DNA of 64,000 bases from NCBI GenBank assembly GCA_905203045.1, contig CAJKUH010000007.1:5306-69305 (forward strand). The letters are read 5' to 3'. This document shows positions 25,201 through 35,826 of the stretch, one piece after another (within the stretch, counting starts at the first letter, position 1; the number at the start of each line of letters is the position of its first letter). Source of the stretch: an uncultured Eggerthella sp. Lineage in GTDB: Bacteria; Actinomycetota; Coriobacteriia; Coriobacteriales; Eggerthellaceae. The notes under the pieces were generated by a model. That model made no database searches. It was not told the origin of the DNA and was given only the letters and a program-made list of their open reading frames with translations. The translations under genes and the position numbers were made by a program.

Positions 25201-28005
25201 ATGCGATCAGAAAAAGCACACCGCTTCCCTTTGCGTTGGGCTGTTAGCCTGGTGCTTTTCCTGCTTGTTGCCTGTCTTGCCCTGACCGGTATCCCGCGTT
25301 CTTCCTATGCCGATAATTCGAACGCCGATTCGAATACGAAAACCGTGCGCGTTGGGTGGCTTCTGAACAATCAGGGCTTCCAGAGCGGTGTTCCCGGCGA
25401 GTACCTTTCCGGCTGGGGATACGAGTACCTTCAAACGCTTTCCTATTACACCCCTGGTTGGAAATACGAATATGTGACGGGCACCTTTTCCGAGCTTATG
25501 GACAAGCTCGAGGCGGGCGAAATCGACTTGATGCCCAACATCTCGTACCCCGACGAACGCGCCCAGAACATGCTGTTCTCTTCCAACCCCGAAGGAACAG
25601 AGCGCTACTACATCTATGCCAAGCCTTCAAATGATGCTCTGACGCAAGGCGATCCGAGCGCGCTGAACGGCATGACCATTGGCTGCAACAGCGGCGTTAT
25701 GCAAACCGAAGCGGGCACGAAATGGTTGCAGGACGAAGGGATCAACTGCAACTACAAGTTCTACGAAACGGGCGACGAGCTGTTCAACGCGCTTTCAACC
25801 GATGAAGTCGATGCCATTATCATGAACGACACGCTTTCCTCGGAAGATGCTATGGCCATGTTCTACGTGGGGGAAAGCAATTACTACTTTGTGACTCCAA
25901 AGTCGCGTCCCGATTTGATGAACGACATCAATTCTGCCATGACGATGTTGCGCAGCTCGAACCCGCGCTACAACGACGAGGTGAAAACGCGCTATACCGT
26001 AAGCGACGGTGGCGCCTCTTCCCTTACCAGTGCGGAACAGAAATGGGCAGATTCCCACGGTGGCACGCTTACCTTGGGCTATTTGGACCATAAGCTTCCT
26101 TATTCGAATGAGGACGGCAGCGGCAATTTGATTGGTTCGCTTGCCGCATTGACCGAATCGCTGCAGAGCAAGTTCGGCATTGCCGTGCGCACGAAGGCCT
26201 ATTCGACAACCGATGAGCTTGAGTCGGCGCTTGCTCAGGGCGATGTCGATGTGATAGCGCCGGTATACCGCGATTTCTGGATTGCCGAGCAGAAGGGCGT
26301 TATCCAGTCCTCTTCCTTTTCCACTACCTCCCTTGAAGCCGTGTTCACAGGTGACAGCTTCGATAACGCTCCCGAAAGCATAGCCACCTATCCAGGCGCC
26401 CTGCTCAATCACTCTGCAGTTCAGGCCCTTTATCCTGCGGCTCGCATCGTCAAATACGATAGTGCAGGGGCGTGCATCGATGCTGTCCGGAAGAACGAGG
26501 TGTCCTGCACCATCATTCCCGCAACGGGCCTTGATACCTTGCGTGACACCAACGACTTCACCGGGTTGAAGACGGCCGAACTCGCACAGGGGATGGACCT
26601 TGCCTGTTGGATGAGGAAGGGCGATGCCGAGCTTCTGAGCATCGTGGACAAGGGCGTTGTCAACGCGAAAGACAAGATCGACGACGGTGCCTACTACCAT
26701 TACTCGTATTCATCGAGTGAAGATACCGGTTTGGTGGGCTTCTTCAAGCAGCATCAATCCACCATCATCGCCGCTTCCATTGCCCTGTTGGTTATTGTTG
26801 TTGCAGTGTTGGCATGGGCGCTGATACGCGCGCGCAATTCCCAACGTGAGGCCATGGCCGCCAGTGCGGCGAAAACCGCGTTCCTCTCTCGCATGAGCCA
26901 CGATATCCGCACGCCCTTGAACGGCATTGTGGGGCTGATCGAGGTAAACGACCTGCATCCCAACGATGTGGAGCTTACCAAGGCAAATCGTGCCAAGGCG
27001 AAGGTTGCAGCCGATCATCTGCTTACCCTTATCAACGACATCCTTGAGATGAGCAAGATCGAAGACCGCGACATCGTTCTTGAGCACAAGTCTTTCAACC
27101 TGATGGAGCTGATCAATGATGTGTTCGTTCTGGCCGATATCCGAGCTTCCGAGCGTGGCATTGCCATCGAAACCGACAAAGGATGCAACATCAAGTATCC
27201 CGATGTGTACGGAAGCCCCGTGCATGTGCGCCGTGTGCTGTTGAACTTGGTCGACAACTGCGTGAAGTACAACAGGCAAGGTGGCAAGGTAACATGCTCT
27301 TCTGAGATGCTGAACGTGCAGGGTGAAACCGTTACCTACCGCTTTGTGATTTCCGATACCGGCATCGGCATGGCGCCAGAGTTCCTTGACCATATCTTCG
27401 AACCGTTTGCCCAGGAAAACGATGATGCTCGCAGCACCTACCAGGGTACCGGCATGGGTATGCCCATTGTGAAGGCTTTGGTGGAGCGCATGAAGGGCAC
27501 GATTTCGGTGCAGAGCGAGCAGGGCAAGGGCTCGACATTCACCATCATCCTGCCCTTCGAGATCGATCTTGAACCCGATGAACATCGCAAGGCGCTCGAA
27601 AAACCCGCGGAATGCTCTATCAAGGGCATGCGCATCATGCTGGCTGAGGACAACGCGCTGAACACCGAGGTTGCCAAAGCGCTGCTGGAAAGCGAAGGTG
27701 CTCTGGTTGCCTGCGTTGAAAACGGCAAGCAGGCGCTCGATTTGTTCACTTCGAAGCCGGCAGGCACGTTCGATGCCATTCTGATGGACATCATGATGCC
27801 CGTGATGGACGGCTATCAGGCTGCCCGTGCCATCAGGCTATCCGATAAGCGCGATGCAACCACGATTCCCATCATCGCCATGACGGCAAACGCCTTTGCG
27901 GAAGATGCCAAGGCCGCCCTCGATGCCGGCATGAACGACCACGTTGCCAAGCCCATCGACTTGGACGCGCTCAAAGCTTCCCTGGCGAAGTACTGTCACC
28001 GCTAA
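25201..28005 (+). CDS. hybrid sensor histidine kinase with two tandem periplasmic type-2 solute-binding (SBP_bac_3-like) domains
   Basis: RBS GGAAGGAAG before the ATG at 25201. Signal/TM segment, two Venus-flytrap-like domains, TM, HisKA (MSHDIRTPLNGIVGLIEV), HATPase (DTGIGMAPEF..GTGMGMPIVKAL), REC (IMLAEDNALN..ILMDIMMPVMDG). No HPt domain. Confidence 0.85.
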   Translation: MRSEKAHRFPLRWAVSLVLFLLVACLALTGIPRSSYADNSNADSNTKTVRVGWLLNNQGFQSGVPGEYLSGWGYEYLQTLSYYTPGWKYEYVTGTFSELMDKLEAGEIDLMPNISYPDERAQNMLFSSNPEGTERYYIYAKPSNDALTQGDPSALNGMTIGCNSGVMQTEAGTKWLQDEGINCNYKFYETGDELFNALSTDEVDAIIMNDTLSSEDAMAMFYVGESNYYFVTPKSRPDLMNDINSAMTMLRSSNPRYNDEVKTRYTVSDGGASSLTSAEQKWADSHGGTLTLGYLDHKLPYSNEDGSGNLIGSLAALTESLQSKFGIAVRTKAYSTTDELESALAQGDVDVIAPVYRDFWIAEQKGVIQSSSFSTTSLEAVFTGDSFDNAPESIATYPGALLNHSAVQALYPAARIVKYDSAGACIDAVRKNEVSCTIIPATGLDTLRDTNDFTGLKTAELAQGMDLACWMRKGDAELLSIVDKGVVNAKDKIDDGAYYHYSYSSSEDTGLVGFFKQHQSTIIAASIALLVIVVAVLAWALIRARNSQREAMAASAAKTAFLSRMSHDIRTPLNGIVGLIEVNDLHPNDVELTKANRAKAKVAADHLLTLINDILEMSKIEDRDIVLEHKSFNLMELINDVFVLADIRASERGIAIETDKGCNIKYPDVYGSPVHVRRVLLNLVDNCVKYNRQGGKVTCSSEMLNVQGETVTYRFVISDTGIGMAPEFLDHIFEPFAQENDDARSTYQGTGMGMPIVKALVERMKGTISVQSEQGKGSTFTIILPFEIDLEPDEHRKALEKPAECSIKGMRIMLAEDNALNTEVAKALLESEGALVACVENGKQALDLFTSKPAGTFDAILMDIMMPVMDGYQAARAIRLSDKRDATTIPIIAMTANAFAEDAKAALDAGMNDHVAKPIDLDALKASLAKYCHR

Positions 28006-28967
28006 TGCTGTGGTGCGGCCTTGCTCTTCCGGGGAAGGAACTGCAGCTGCGAAACGCACACACCGGCAAGAATGATGGCAACGCCCAGCCATTCGACGGG
28101 CCCGATAGGCGAGCCCAGTACCATCATGGCAACGAAGAGGCCGGCAGGCAGCTCGGAAGAGGCAAGCACCGAGGAAAGCCCGGCGGGCAAATGCGGCGTG
28201 CCGATGCTGAATAGCAGTACGGGAAGGAAGAATCCGCAAGCGCCTGCCACAAGCCCCAAGGGGGCAATGCCTTCCAGAAGCACGCCCGACACGATGAAGT
28301 CGGGGCAGATGAAATGCGACATGACCACTGCGCCGCCGCAGATGAGGAAACCGCGTTGTGCTTGGGAGCACTTCGGCTGAATGCGGCCGGAAAGCGCCAA
28401 GAACGAGGCGCAGCTCACGGCGGCAACAAGGCCTGCTGCAATGCCCCAGGGGTTGCAGTTTGCCAAATCGGTTGCGTACAGACCGCTGGCGAACACCGTG
28501 CCGAACACGATGATCAGTGCAGATACCACCTGGCTTGGTGCCGGCGCCCTGCGCGTCATGATCACTTGGATAACGGTGCCTATCCAGGTGAACTGGAACA
28601 GCAGGGTAAGGGCAAGTGCTACGGGAAGCACACTCATGGCGTAGGTGTAGAAAATAGAGGTAAGGCAGGTTACCGCGCCGATGCCAGCAAGCTTCCATGC
28701 GTTTGCCGCCCCGATTTTCGTCCATCGTTTCCCGCGCAGGTATTCTGCGGCGAACAGAACGGCAAACAGGGCAAAGGCGGACCACATCTGCGCGGCGGCA
28801 ATCTGGGCGGACGTGAAGCCCCAAGCGTAAGAGAGCTTGTAGCAGGTGGCGTTGAAGCCGTAGCAAGCACCGCCGAAGAACACGAGGATCACCGCTTTGG
28901 TGCGGGCGCCGGCATCGCGTGCGGCGGTGGTGAATGGTTTCGATGGTTTTGCGGTATGGGAAGACAT
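28002..28967 (-). CDS. DMT superfamily (EamA-like) transporter
   Basis: 10 TM segments and duplicated EamA-like halves. RBS AAGGAGAG before MSSHTAK. Confidence 0.75.
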   Translation of the reverse strand: MSSHTAKPSKPFTTAARDAGARTKAVILVFFGGACYGFNATCYKLSYAWGFTSAQIAAAQMWSAFALFAVLFAAEYLRGKRWTKIGAANAWKLAGIGAVTCLTSIFYTYAMSVLPVALALTLLFQFTWIGTVIQVIMTRRAPAPSQVVSALIIVFGTVFASGLYATDLANCNPWGIAAGLVAAVSCASFLALSGRIQPKCSQAQRGFLICGGAVVMSHFICPDFIVSGVLLEGIAPLGLVAGACGFFLPVLLFSIGTPHLPAGLSSVLASSELPAGLFVAMMVLGSPIGPVEWLGVAIILAGVCVSQLQFLPRKSKAAPQH

Positions 28968-29231
28968 AACGCTCTCCTTTGCGGCAATCGGTTGGCTTCG
29001 TGCGCGTAGCACAGAAAGCTTTGCGGTTGCGTGGCGAAAAGGAGGCGAACGCGCCTGGAAAAGTCCACGCGGTGGTTTATCAGGGTGCCTATTCTAGCAA
29101 AAATGGGATAACGAGTAAGAGGGAACTGCCAGATGGGCATTTTGTGACCCAAAGGGTGGCTGAAAACGCAAACCCTGAAACGTTTTGCCTGATTATGGTA
29201 CGATTTTTACCAATCATTCAAAGGAGATGCC

Positions 29232-30113
29232 ATGGGCAACGAGCTTACCTACCAAGCAGCGCAGATTCAGCGCATTATCGAATCTGCCTCTCACTTTTTC
29301 GATGTTGTCCGTTTGGTCGACCCGATAAACATGGTGGTATACACCATCGAAGATGGCCAACTGCAGGCCAATGAAGACTCGTGCTATCACGTATGGAACA
29401 AACAAGACCGATGCGAGAATTGCATCTCGGCGCGTTGCTTCGCCGATCAGCACCGCTACTCGAAGTTCGAGTTCATCGACCACGACATCTACCATGTGGT
29501 GGCCCAATGCGTGAACGTTGACGGGAAGAGGTACGTTCTGGAAGTGGTAACCGCCTCGAATGACGATGTGCTGCTCTCCGCCTTCGGCGACAACGACTTC
29601 GTGGACCAGATCACTCGCTTTAACCACCAGGTGTACACCGATGATTTAACGGGGCTTTCCAATCGCCGTTATCTGAACGACCGCCTGAACATCATGGTCA
29701 ATCGAGCGGTAAGCGATCACGCTTCGCTTGCAGTGGTGATGATGGACATCGACGACTTCAAGCGTGTGAACGATACGTACGGCCATGTGATGGGTGATAA
29801 AGCAATCAGGCATGCCGCGGATGCCTTCGAAGAGGCGCTGTGTTTCGATCGGGAAGACATCGCCGTGCGCTACGGCGGCGATGAGTTCGTGGCCGCCGCT
29901 TCAGGCAAGAGCCTCGCAGAGCTTCAAGGGTGCTTGGAGCGTCTTCTGACGCTTGCCGCAGATAACGAGGCGGGCTTCACGGTAAGCGTTGGCGCTTATT
30001 TTCAGGAAACGGCACAGCGCCAAAGCGTCGAAGAGCTCATCCGCAAATCGGATGAGGCGATGTATCGCGCCAAGGCCTCGGGTAAGAACCAGTTTTTGGT
30101 AAAGGCCGAATAA
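29232..30113 (+). CDS. GGDEF-domain diguanylate cyclase with Cys-rich N-terminal domain
   Basis: C-terminal GGDEF (RYGGDEFVAA with an I-site-like RxxD). N-terminal ~150 aa contains CYHVWNKQDRCENCISARC. RBS AAAGGAG. Confidence 0.8.
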   Translation: MGNELTYQAAQIQRIIESASHFFDVVRLVDPINMVVYTIEDGQLQANEDSCYHVWNKQDRCENCISARCFADQHRYSKFEFIDHDIYHVVAQCVNVDGKRYVLEVVTASNDDVLLSAFGDNDFVDQITRFNHQVYTDDLTGLSNRRYLNDRLNIMVNRAVSDHASLAVVMMDIDDFKRVNDTYGHVMGDKAIRHAADAFEEALCFDREDIAVRYGGDEFVAAASGKSLAELQGCLERLLTLAADNEAGFTVSVGAYFQETAQRQSVEELIRKSDEAMYRAKASGKNQFLVKAE

Positions 30114-30175
30114 GGTCAGCTTGCAAGCTGGGCGCTAAAACTTTCGAGGCTGCAAGCAGCTTGCATTTCAAAAAG

Positions 30176-30216
30176 AAAGGGAGGCAAAGCGGCTTTGCGC
30201 TTTACCTCCCTTTTGC
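30176..30216. terminator. bidirectional terminator between GGDEF gene (+) and hypothetical gene (-)
   Basis: AAAGGGAGG...CCTCCCTTT long stem with inner CAAAGC-GG-CTTTG, followed by TTGCG. Confidence 0.6.
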
Positions 30217-30228
30217 GATTTCGGCTGT

Positions 30229-30597
30229 TTACAGCTCGATACGGCCGAACTTGGCAAGCAGCTCGCTTGCTGCGGTGCAAGAGGGGCAGTTGCAATACTT
30301 TGCACCCTGCGCCTTGCGCTCCTTCTGCTCGGCGAGCATCTTGGCGGCTGCCTCTTCGCCCATCATCTGCTTTGCGGGGCCCTCGGCGAAGGCGATAACG
30401 CCATCGATGGTGGTGGGGCGGCCTTCCAAAATATCGAGCAGCTGCTTGGTTGCCGCTTCAACGGCAGCATTGCTGCTGTCGGCAAGCACGGCGGCCTTCC
30501 AAGCCAGTGCGGCGTCTTTGGTAACCTGTGTGCTGGCCTGGGATTCCGCCAGAACGTCAACGCGCTTTGCTACGTAATCGAACAGTTCCTTTTCCAT
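30229..30597 (-). CDS. hypothetical protein with C-terminal CxCxxC motif
   Basis: 122 aa. Good RBS (AAGGAGG) before the ATG. Ala/Lys-rich helical sequence ending YCNCPSCTAASELLAKFG. No family recognised. Confidence 0.4.
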   Translation of the reverse strand: MEKELFDYVAKRVDVLAESQASTQVTKDAALAWKAAVLADSSNAAVEAATKQLLDILEGRPTTIDGVIAFAEGPAKQMMGEEAAAKMLAEQKERKAQGAKYCNCPSCTAASELLAKFGRIEL

Positions 30598-30730
30598 TAG
30601 TGCCTCCTTAGTGGCATTTTCTGCTTACCAGCATAATAGGGGCAGCGTGGGGCAATGGCGAGTACTTACCTTTTGGTAAGCGAATCTGCAGAACAGCTCT
30701 TAATTCGTTGCTTGGCTCACTTACATGCGG

Positions 30731-31288
30731 TTACGCTTCGAGTGTTTTCACCACTTTGGCGGGCACGCCGGCAACGACGCAGTTGTCGGGCACGTCTTTC
30801 GTAACCACCGCGCCGCCTGCGACGATGACGTTGTTGCCGATGGTCACGCCGTCGACGATAGTGCAGTTGCCGCCTATCCACACATCGTTTCCGATGGTGA
30901 TGGGCTTGCTTATGGCAAGGCGCTTGCGCCTTCCTGCCGGGTCAAACGGATGCCCGGTGGTGGAAATCAGCGTTCCCGGGCCAACCATGCAGTAGTCGCC
31001 GAAGGTGACCGATGCGCCATCGAGGATAGTCACGTTGAAGTTGGCGGTGAATCGCTTGCCCACCTTGATGTTCTTGCCGTTGTCACAGTGGAACCCTGGC
31101 TGGATGTCCAGTTCGGGGCCTGCTTCCCCCAAAAGCTCTCGAGCAGCCGCTTCGCGTGCCGCTGCGTCGAGCGGGTCTACCGAATTGAGCTTCGCGCAAC
31201 GTGCCGAAGCAGTGTCCTTCATCTTCACGAGCTCGGGGTCGTCGTAGCGGTAGGGAAGCCCGGCTTTGAAGTTTTCCATTTCCGTCAT
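30731..31288 (-). CDS. sugar O-acetyltransferase (maltose/galactoside acetyltransferase-like), left-handed beta-helix
   Basis: 185 aa. MAT/LacA-type N-terminus (PYRYDDPEL), hexapeptide repeats ([31 protein letters not shown]) and catalytic His (TGHPFD). Confidence 0.8.
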   Translation of the reverse strand: MTEMENFKAGLPYRYDDPELVKMKDTASARCAKLNSVDPLDAAAREAAARELLGEAGPELDIQPGFHCDNGKNIKVGKRFTANFNVTILDGASVTFGDYCMVGPGTLISTTGHPFDPAGRRKRLAISKPITIGNDVWIGGNCTIVDGVTIGNNVIVAGGAVVTKDVPDNCVVAGVPAKVVKTLEA

Positions 31289-31296
31289 GGCAAATC

Positions 31297-32457
31297 CTAG
31301 CGGTAGCTGCGCTCAAGGATGCCCAGCACGTCCTCATCGGAGAGCTTTACCGGATCGGCATCGTTGTTGCCACCCCATACCTTGTGGTACAGGTCCACGA
31401 TTTCGGGCAGCTCTTTGCGGGTGATGCCGTTGTCGCTCATTTTCAGGTCGCTGCAGTTCACGCTGGCGATAAGGGAATCAAGGGCGGCGATGAAGTCGGC
31501 ACCGGTCTTCGCGTCGCTGTTGCCCATGGCCTTCGCCATCTTAACCATCTGCTCTTCGCAGGCCTTGCGTTCGGCGAAGAAGCTGAAGTACTCATGGCTG
31601 ATCATGGTAAGACCCGCACCGTGCACCAGCTCGGGGTGCTTGCTGCCCATGGCATGCTCAAGCGTGTGCTCGGAAGTGCACAGCATGTAATAGCCGGCAA
31701 GGGTGTTCGCGATGGCCATGTTGTTGCGCGCTTCCTTGTCGGATCCGTCCTTCACGGCGCGGGGCAGGTACTTGGCAATAAGCTCGACGGTCTTCAGGGC
31801 GAACATTTCGCCTACCACGTGCTCGTTCACATTGATCACCGATTCGGCGGCGTGGAAGAAGGCGTCCATGCCCTGGTAGGCGGTGAAGTTTGCCGGAACG
31901 CTCATCATCAAGTCGGAATCGACGACGGCAAGGGTGGGGAACATCGATGCGTAGCCGGTCTTTTCGCCGGTTTCGTCGTTGGTGATCACCGACCACATGT
32001 CAACTTCAGAACCCGTGCCGGCGGAAGTGGTTACCACCACCAGCGGCAGCGGTGCGTTTTCGGGCTGCTTCTGGCCGCCGGTGAAGCTGGGGCTGTAGTC
32101 CCAGCAGGTGCCCTCGTTGGCGGCTACCAGTGCGATGGCCTTCGCGGCGTCCATGGTAGAGCCGCCACCTACAGCAACGATGAAGTCGCAGTTGTTCTGG
32201 TTCGCCATTTCGGCGGCTTCGTCAACCGAGGTGTTAGTGGGGTTGGGACGCAAACCCTCGTACAGCACGTGCTGGATGCCTGCCTTGTCGAGCTGTGCTT
32301 CGACGGCGGCAAGCTGACCGTGGCGCTTCATCGAGCCGCCAGCGCTGATGGTGATGAGCGCTTTCTTGCCGGGAAGAGCTTCGGTATGCAGGGTGCTCAA
32401 AGAGCCAGCACCGAACAGCACGCGTGTGGGCATGTCGTATACGAATTGATCGATCAT
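31297..32457 (-). CDS. iron-containing (class III) alcohol dehydrogenase
   Basis: 387 aa. [16 protein letters not shown]-binding motif and His-rich Fe site (FHAAES...HAMGSKH). RBS AGGAGA before MIDQF. Sits 8 nt upstream of the acetyltransferase gene. Confidence 0.85.
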   Translation of the reverse strand: MIDQFVYDMPTRVLFGAGSLSTLHTEALPGKKALITISAGGSMKRHGQLAAVEAQLDKAGIQHVLYEGLRPNPTNTSVDEAAEMANQNNCDFIVAVGGGSTMDAAKAIALVAANEGTCWDYSPSFTGGQKQPENAPLPLVVVTTSAGTGSEVDMWSVITNDETGEKTGYASMFPTLAVVDSDLMMSVPANFTAYQGMDAFFHAAESVINVNEHVVGEMFALKTVELIAKYLPRAVKDGSDKEARNNMAIANTLAGYYMLCTSEHTLEHAMGSKHPELVHGAGLTMISHEYFSFFAERKACEEQMVKMAKAMGNSDAKTGADFIAALDSLIASVNCSDLKMSDNGITRKELPEIVDLYHKVWGGNNDADPVKLSDEDVLGILERSYR

Positions 32458-32585
32458 TGGTTCTCCTCTACTTGCTTTGTTTTCCTTGTGTGCTGATTCG
32501 ATTCTGCGGTGACGCCCGTGTGCAAACAATGCGCGAATATAATAATTTATAGGGTAAATTCTCATAACTTTTCGAAAGGAGTGCC

Positions 32586-33533
32586 ATGGACCGTGCGGTT
32601 GTTGATTGCGCCTTAGACAAGCTTGCCGAGCGCTTTTCCCACTACGATTGGGAGTACCGCAAAACGCCCGGCGGTGAAGGTGATGAAGTGGGCTTCGATT
32701 GGCACGGCCCTGCCGACGAAGACGTTATGGTGATGGTGTATCGCGGGAAATCGTTGGACGAGCAGTTTCACCGGCAGGGCTTTTTCTTCTTCAACTATGC
32801 CTATGCGGGGGATTACCAGGCACTGAGCCACAGCCGCTACAACCGCATCACCGTTTCGGAAGGGCAGATGTACGTGGGGCAGCCGTTCAGCGGGTATGCC
32901 TTGTTGGGCAACGAACACGAAGAAGTGACGGTTGTCGGCGTGTTGGTGAAGGTTGAGGAGTTTTACCGTGATTTCCTCCCACTGCTTTCGCGTGATTCGC
33001 AGCTTATGGAGTTCTTCTTGGGGCCGCGCAACAACCTTTACAGCGAGCAGTTCAAGCAGGTTTCCCTTCCCCGCGCATCGGGTATTCGCGATGTGCTTGA
33101 GCTGATGATTGTGGAATATGCCCAGAACAGGAAGGGTTCTCAGGAAATCGTCGAGTCGCTTGCGCTTGCCCTTACCATGGCGGTAGGGCGCGAATGGCGT
33201 GAGGGCAATTCCCCCGAGCAGGGCACTTCGGCATCCCAAGCGGTTATCGATGCCATTGCTTCCGATTTGCAGGGGGTAAGGCTTTCCTCGGTTGCGCGCA
33301 CGTTGGGCTACCACCCGAACTATTTGAGTGCCTTGGTAAGGAAGGAAACGGGAAAAACCTTTTCCGAGTTGGTGCAAGAGCAGCGCATGCAACGTGCTGA
33401 AATGCTCATTGAAAGGACAACGCTTTCCATCGAAGACATTGCACAGCTTTCGGGTTATGCGAGCACCAGCAACTTCTACAAAGTGTATTTGGGGTATTTC
33501 GGGCATTCGCCTCGCCGTAGCGCTAGATCATGA
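32586..33533 (+). CDS. AraC family transcriptional regulator
   Basis: C-terminal double HTH (SSVARTLGYHPNYLSALVRKETGKTFSE...IEDIAQLSGYASTSNFYKVY). Divergent from the alcohol dehydrogenase operon. Confidence 0.8.
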   Translation: MDRAVVDCALDKLAERFSHYDWEYRKTPGGEGDEVGFDWHGPADEDVMVMVYRGKSLDEQFHRQGFFFFNYAYAGDYQALSHSRYNRITVSEGQMYVGQPFSGYALLGNEHEEVTVVGVLVKVEEFYRDFLPLLSRDSQLMEFFLGPRNNLYSEQFKQVSLPRASGIRDVLELMIVEYAQNRKGSQEIVESLALALTMAVGREWREGNSPEQGTSASQAVIDAIASDLQGVRLSSVARTLGYHPNYLSALVRKETGKTFSELVQEQRMQRAEMLIERTTLSIEDIAQLSGYASTSNFYKVYLGYFGHSPRRSARS

Positions 33534-33746
33534 ATGCATGGCGTGCCTCACAAAAGGGTGGGCGCCCTTTGCAAAGTAAGGGCGTTGCGGCAGGTTTTAC
33601 CGCATCTAGCATTCCAAGATTTCGTTTAGTTTGCGTACTTGTTAATACGCTTAAAACATTTTCGGCGCCCAAGCGGCGTAAAATACCACCTTGTGAGAGA
33701 TTTGCCGGGCTTTAAGGCAGCCCGGCTCGATTAGAAAGGACGCCGT

Positions 33747-34724
33747 ATGATCCGCATCGGTATCTTGGGCTATGGCAACCTTGGCAAGGGTGTTGAGCTT
33801 GCCGTTCGTCAAAACGATGATATGGAACTGGTTGCCGTGTACACGCGCCGCGACCCCGAAAGCGTAACGATTGCAACCGAGGGCGTGCCGGTACGTTCGG
33901 TGGCTCAGCTTGAAACCGGCGAAGAGGACATCGACGTTCTGGTTCTGTGCGGCGGCAGCGCAACCGACCTGCCCGAGCAGACCCCGAAGTACGCAGCGCT
34001 CTACAACGTGGTTGATTCGTTCGACACGCATGCCAAGATTCCCGAGCACTTCGCCGCCGTCGATGCCGCCGCGAAGGCTGCGGGCAAGACCGCCCTTATT
34101 TCCTGCGGTTGGGATCCGGGCCTGTTCTCTTTGAACCGTCTGTATGCCAACTGCATTCTGCCCGAAGGCGCCGATTACACCTTCTGGGGTCGTGGCGTTT
34201 CCCAGGGCCATTCCGACGCCCTGCGCCGCATCCCCGGCGTTGCCGATGCACGCCAGTACACCATTCCGGTGCCCGAGGCGCTTGAGGCGGTCCGCTCTGG
34301 CTCGAACCCTGAGCTCACCACGCGCGAAAAGCACACGCGCGAGTGCTGGGTTGTTCTGGAAGAGGGCGCCGATCCTGCCGAGGTTACCAAGCAGATCGTG
34401 GAAATGCCCAACTACTTCGACGAGTACGACGTAACCGTCAACTTCATCAGCCAGGAAGAGCTCGACCGCGATCATGCGGGCCTGCCTCATGGTGGCTTCG
34501 TAATCCGTACCGGCCAGACCGCAGGCGGCAAGAACTGCAAGATCGAGTACTCGCTTGACCTTGACTCCAACCCCGAGTTCACTGCTTGCGTGCTTGCTTG
34601 CTATGCTCGCGCCATCGCTCGCCTTGCTGGCGAGGGCAGCCATGGCTGCAAGACGGTGTTCGACATTGCACCGGCCTACCTTTCCGCCGCTTCCGGCGAA
34701 GAGCTGCGCGCTCATATGCTGTAA
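33747..34724 (+). CDS. ddh: meso-diaminopimelate D-dehydrogenase
   Basis: 325 aa. N-terminal IRIGILGYGNLGKGVE Rossmann motif and overall Ddh-like sequence (GWDPGLFS, RGVSQGHSDALRRIPGV). Confidence 0.75.
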   Translation: MIRIGILGYGNLGKGVELAVRQNDDMELVAVYTRRDPESVTIATEGVPVRSVAQLETGEEDIDVLVLCGGSATDLPEQTPKYAALYNVVDSFDTHAKIPEHFAAVDAAAKAAGKTALISCGWDPGLFSLNRLYANCILPEGADYTFWGRGVSQGHSDALRRIPGVADARQYTIPVPEALEAVRSGSNPELTTREKHTRECWVVLEEGADPAEVTKQIVEMPNYFDEYDVTVNFISQEELDRDHAGLPHGGFVIRTGQTAGGKNCKIEYSLDLDSNPEFTACVLACYARAIARLAGEGSHGCKTVFDIAPAYLSAASGEELRAHML

Positions 34725-34947
34725 ACTGCGTTCAATTGAACGAAACGGGTGGCACCCCTAGCGGGTGCCACCCGTTTTTTTGTTGCGTGGCAAGTGCTTG
34801 ACGCTGCGATTATCGTTTTGCGCCAACGCGCAGAATGCAGAAGGCCCTGCACGCGGTTTGGCGTACAGGGCCTTCTGTTGTTGCTCGATAATGCGCTGCG
34901 GCAAAGCCGTGCAGCGTGCACATGCTGAGTGCCGCGTGACGCTTTGA

Positions 34948-35778
34948 TTATTCCTGTGGGCGAAGGGGACCGTAGTAGTAGCTTGCCGTTGCGCCGCCAT
35001 CGCAGAGGAAGTCGGAACCGGTGATGAACGCGGCGCGATCGCTCATCAAAAGCTCTGCCACGTTGGCAACCTCGTCGGCGGTGCCAGGACGTCCTGCGGG
35101 GCATTTGGCGAACATGTTCTTATAGAAATCGCCACGGGGACCGTTGAACTCATCGATAGCCAGCGGCGTGACGATGATGCCGGGGCTGATGGAGTTGATG
35201 CGTGCCCCGCGCTGGCCCCACTTCACCGCTTCTGCCATAACGCGCTTTTCGTTGCAGCGTTTTGCCAGCTGGTAGGCGTGGAGTGTGTCGTTGATGTTTT
35301 CAGGCTGCAGCAGGGGAAGGCTCAGCAATTCTTCGGTAGGGGTGCAGGCAAGCTGAGCATCTTCTTTGGCGGTAAGCTGCGCCATGCGCTTGCCCGACTG
35401 GCTGGAAATGGTAACACCCACGCCGCCTTCGGCGATAACCTTGCCAACTTCCTCCAAAAGTACGGCGGTGCCGTACAGGTCTACCTTCAAGATGGCTTCG
35501 ATAGGTGCTTGGCTGGGCGAAACGCCTGCCGCATTCACCAACATGGTGATGGGACCGTGTTCCTGTGCAACGCTAATTAAGGCTTTGATGGATTCGCGGT
35601 TCGAAAGATCGCATTTGTGCGCTTCGGCATCGAAACCGGCATTGGCAAGGATGGCGGTGATTGCCTGGGCGTTTTCAGGGCGCTTGTCGCCTACGATGAT
35701 CTTCTTTCCGAATCCCATGCGGCGGGCAATGGCCATGCCAATCTGACCGGCACCAACCAAAAGCAGTACTTCTTTCAT
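34948..35778 (-). CDS. SDR family oxidoreductase
   Basis: Rossmann GAGQIGMAIARR. RBS AAGGAGAAG before MKEVL. Divergent from the LysR gene. Confidence 0.75.
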   Translation of the reverse strand: MKEVLLLVGAGQIGMAIARRMGFGKKIIVGDKRPENAQAITAILANAGFDAEAHKCDLSNRESIKALISVAQEHGPITMLVNAAGVSPSQAPIEAILKVDLYGTAVLLEEVGKVIAEGGVGVTISSQSGKRMAQLTAKEDAQLACTPTEELLSLPLLQPENINDTLHAYQLAKRCNEKRVMAEAVKWGQRGARINSISPGIIVTPLAIDEFNGPRGDFYKNMFAKCPAGRPGTADEVANVAELLMSDRAAFITGSDFLCDGGATASYYYGPLRPQE

Positions 35779-35826
35779 GACTTCTCCTTCTTTTCTGTTT
35801 TGCTTAAGTGCAGTGTACGGTAAGTG

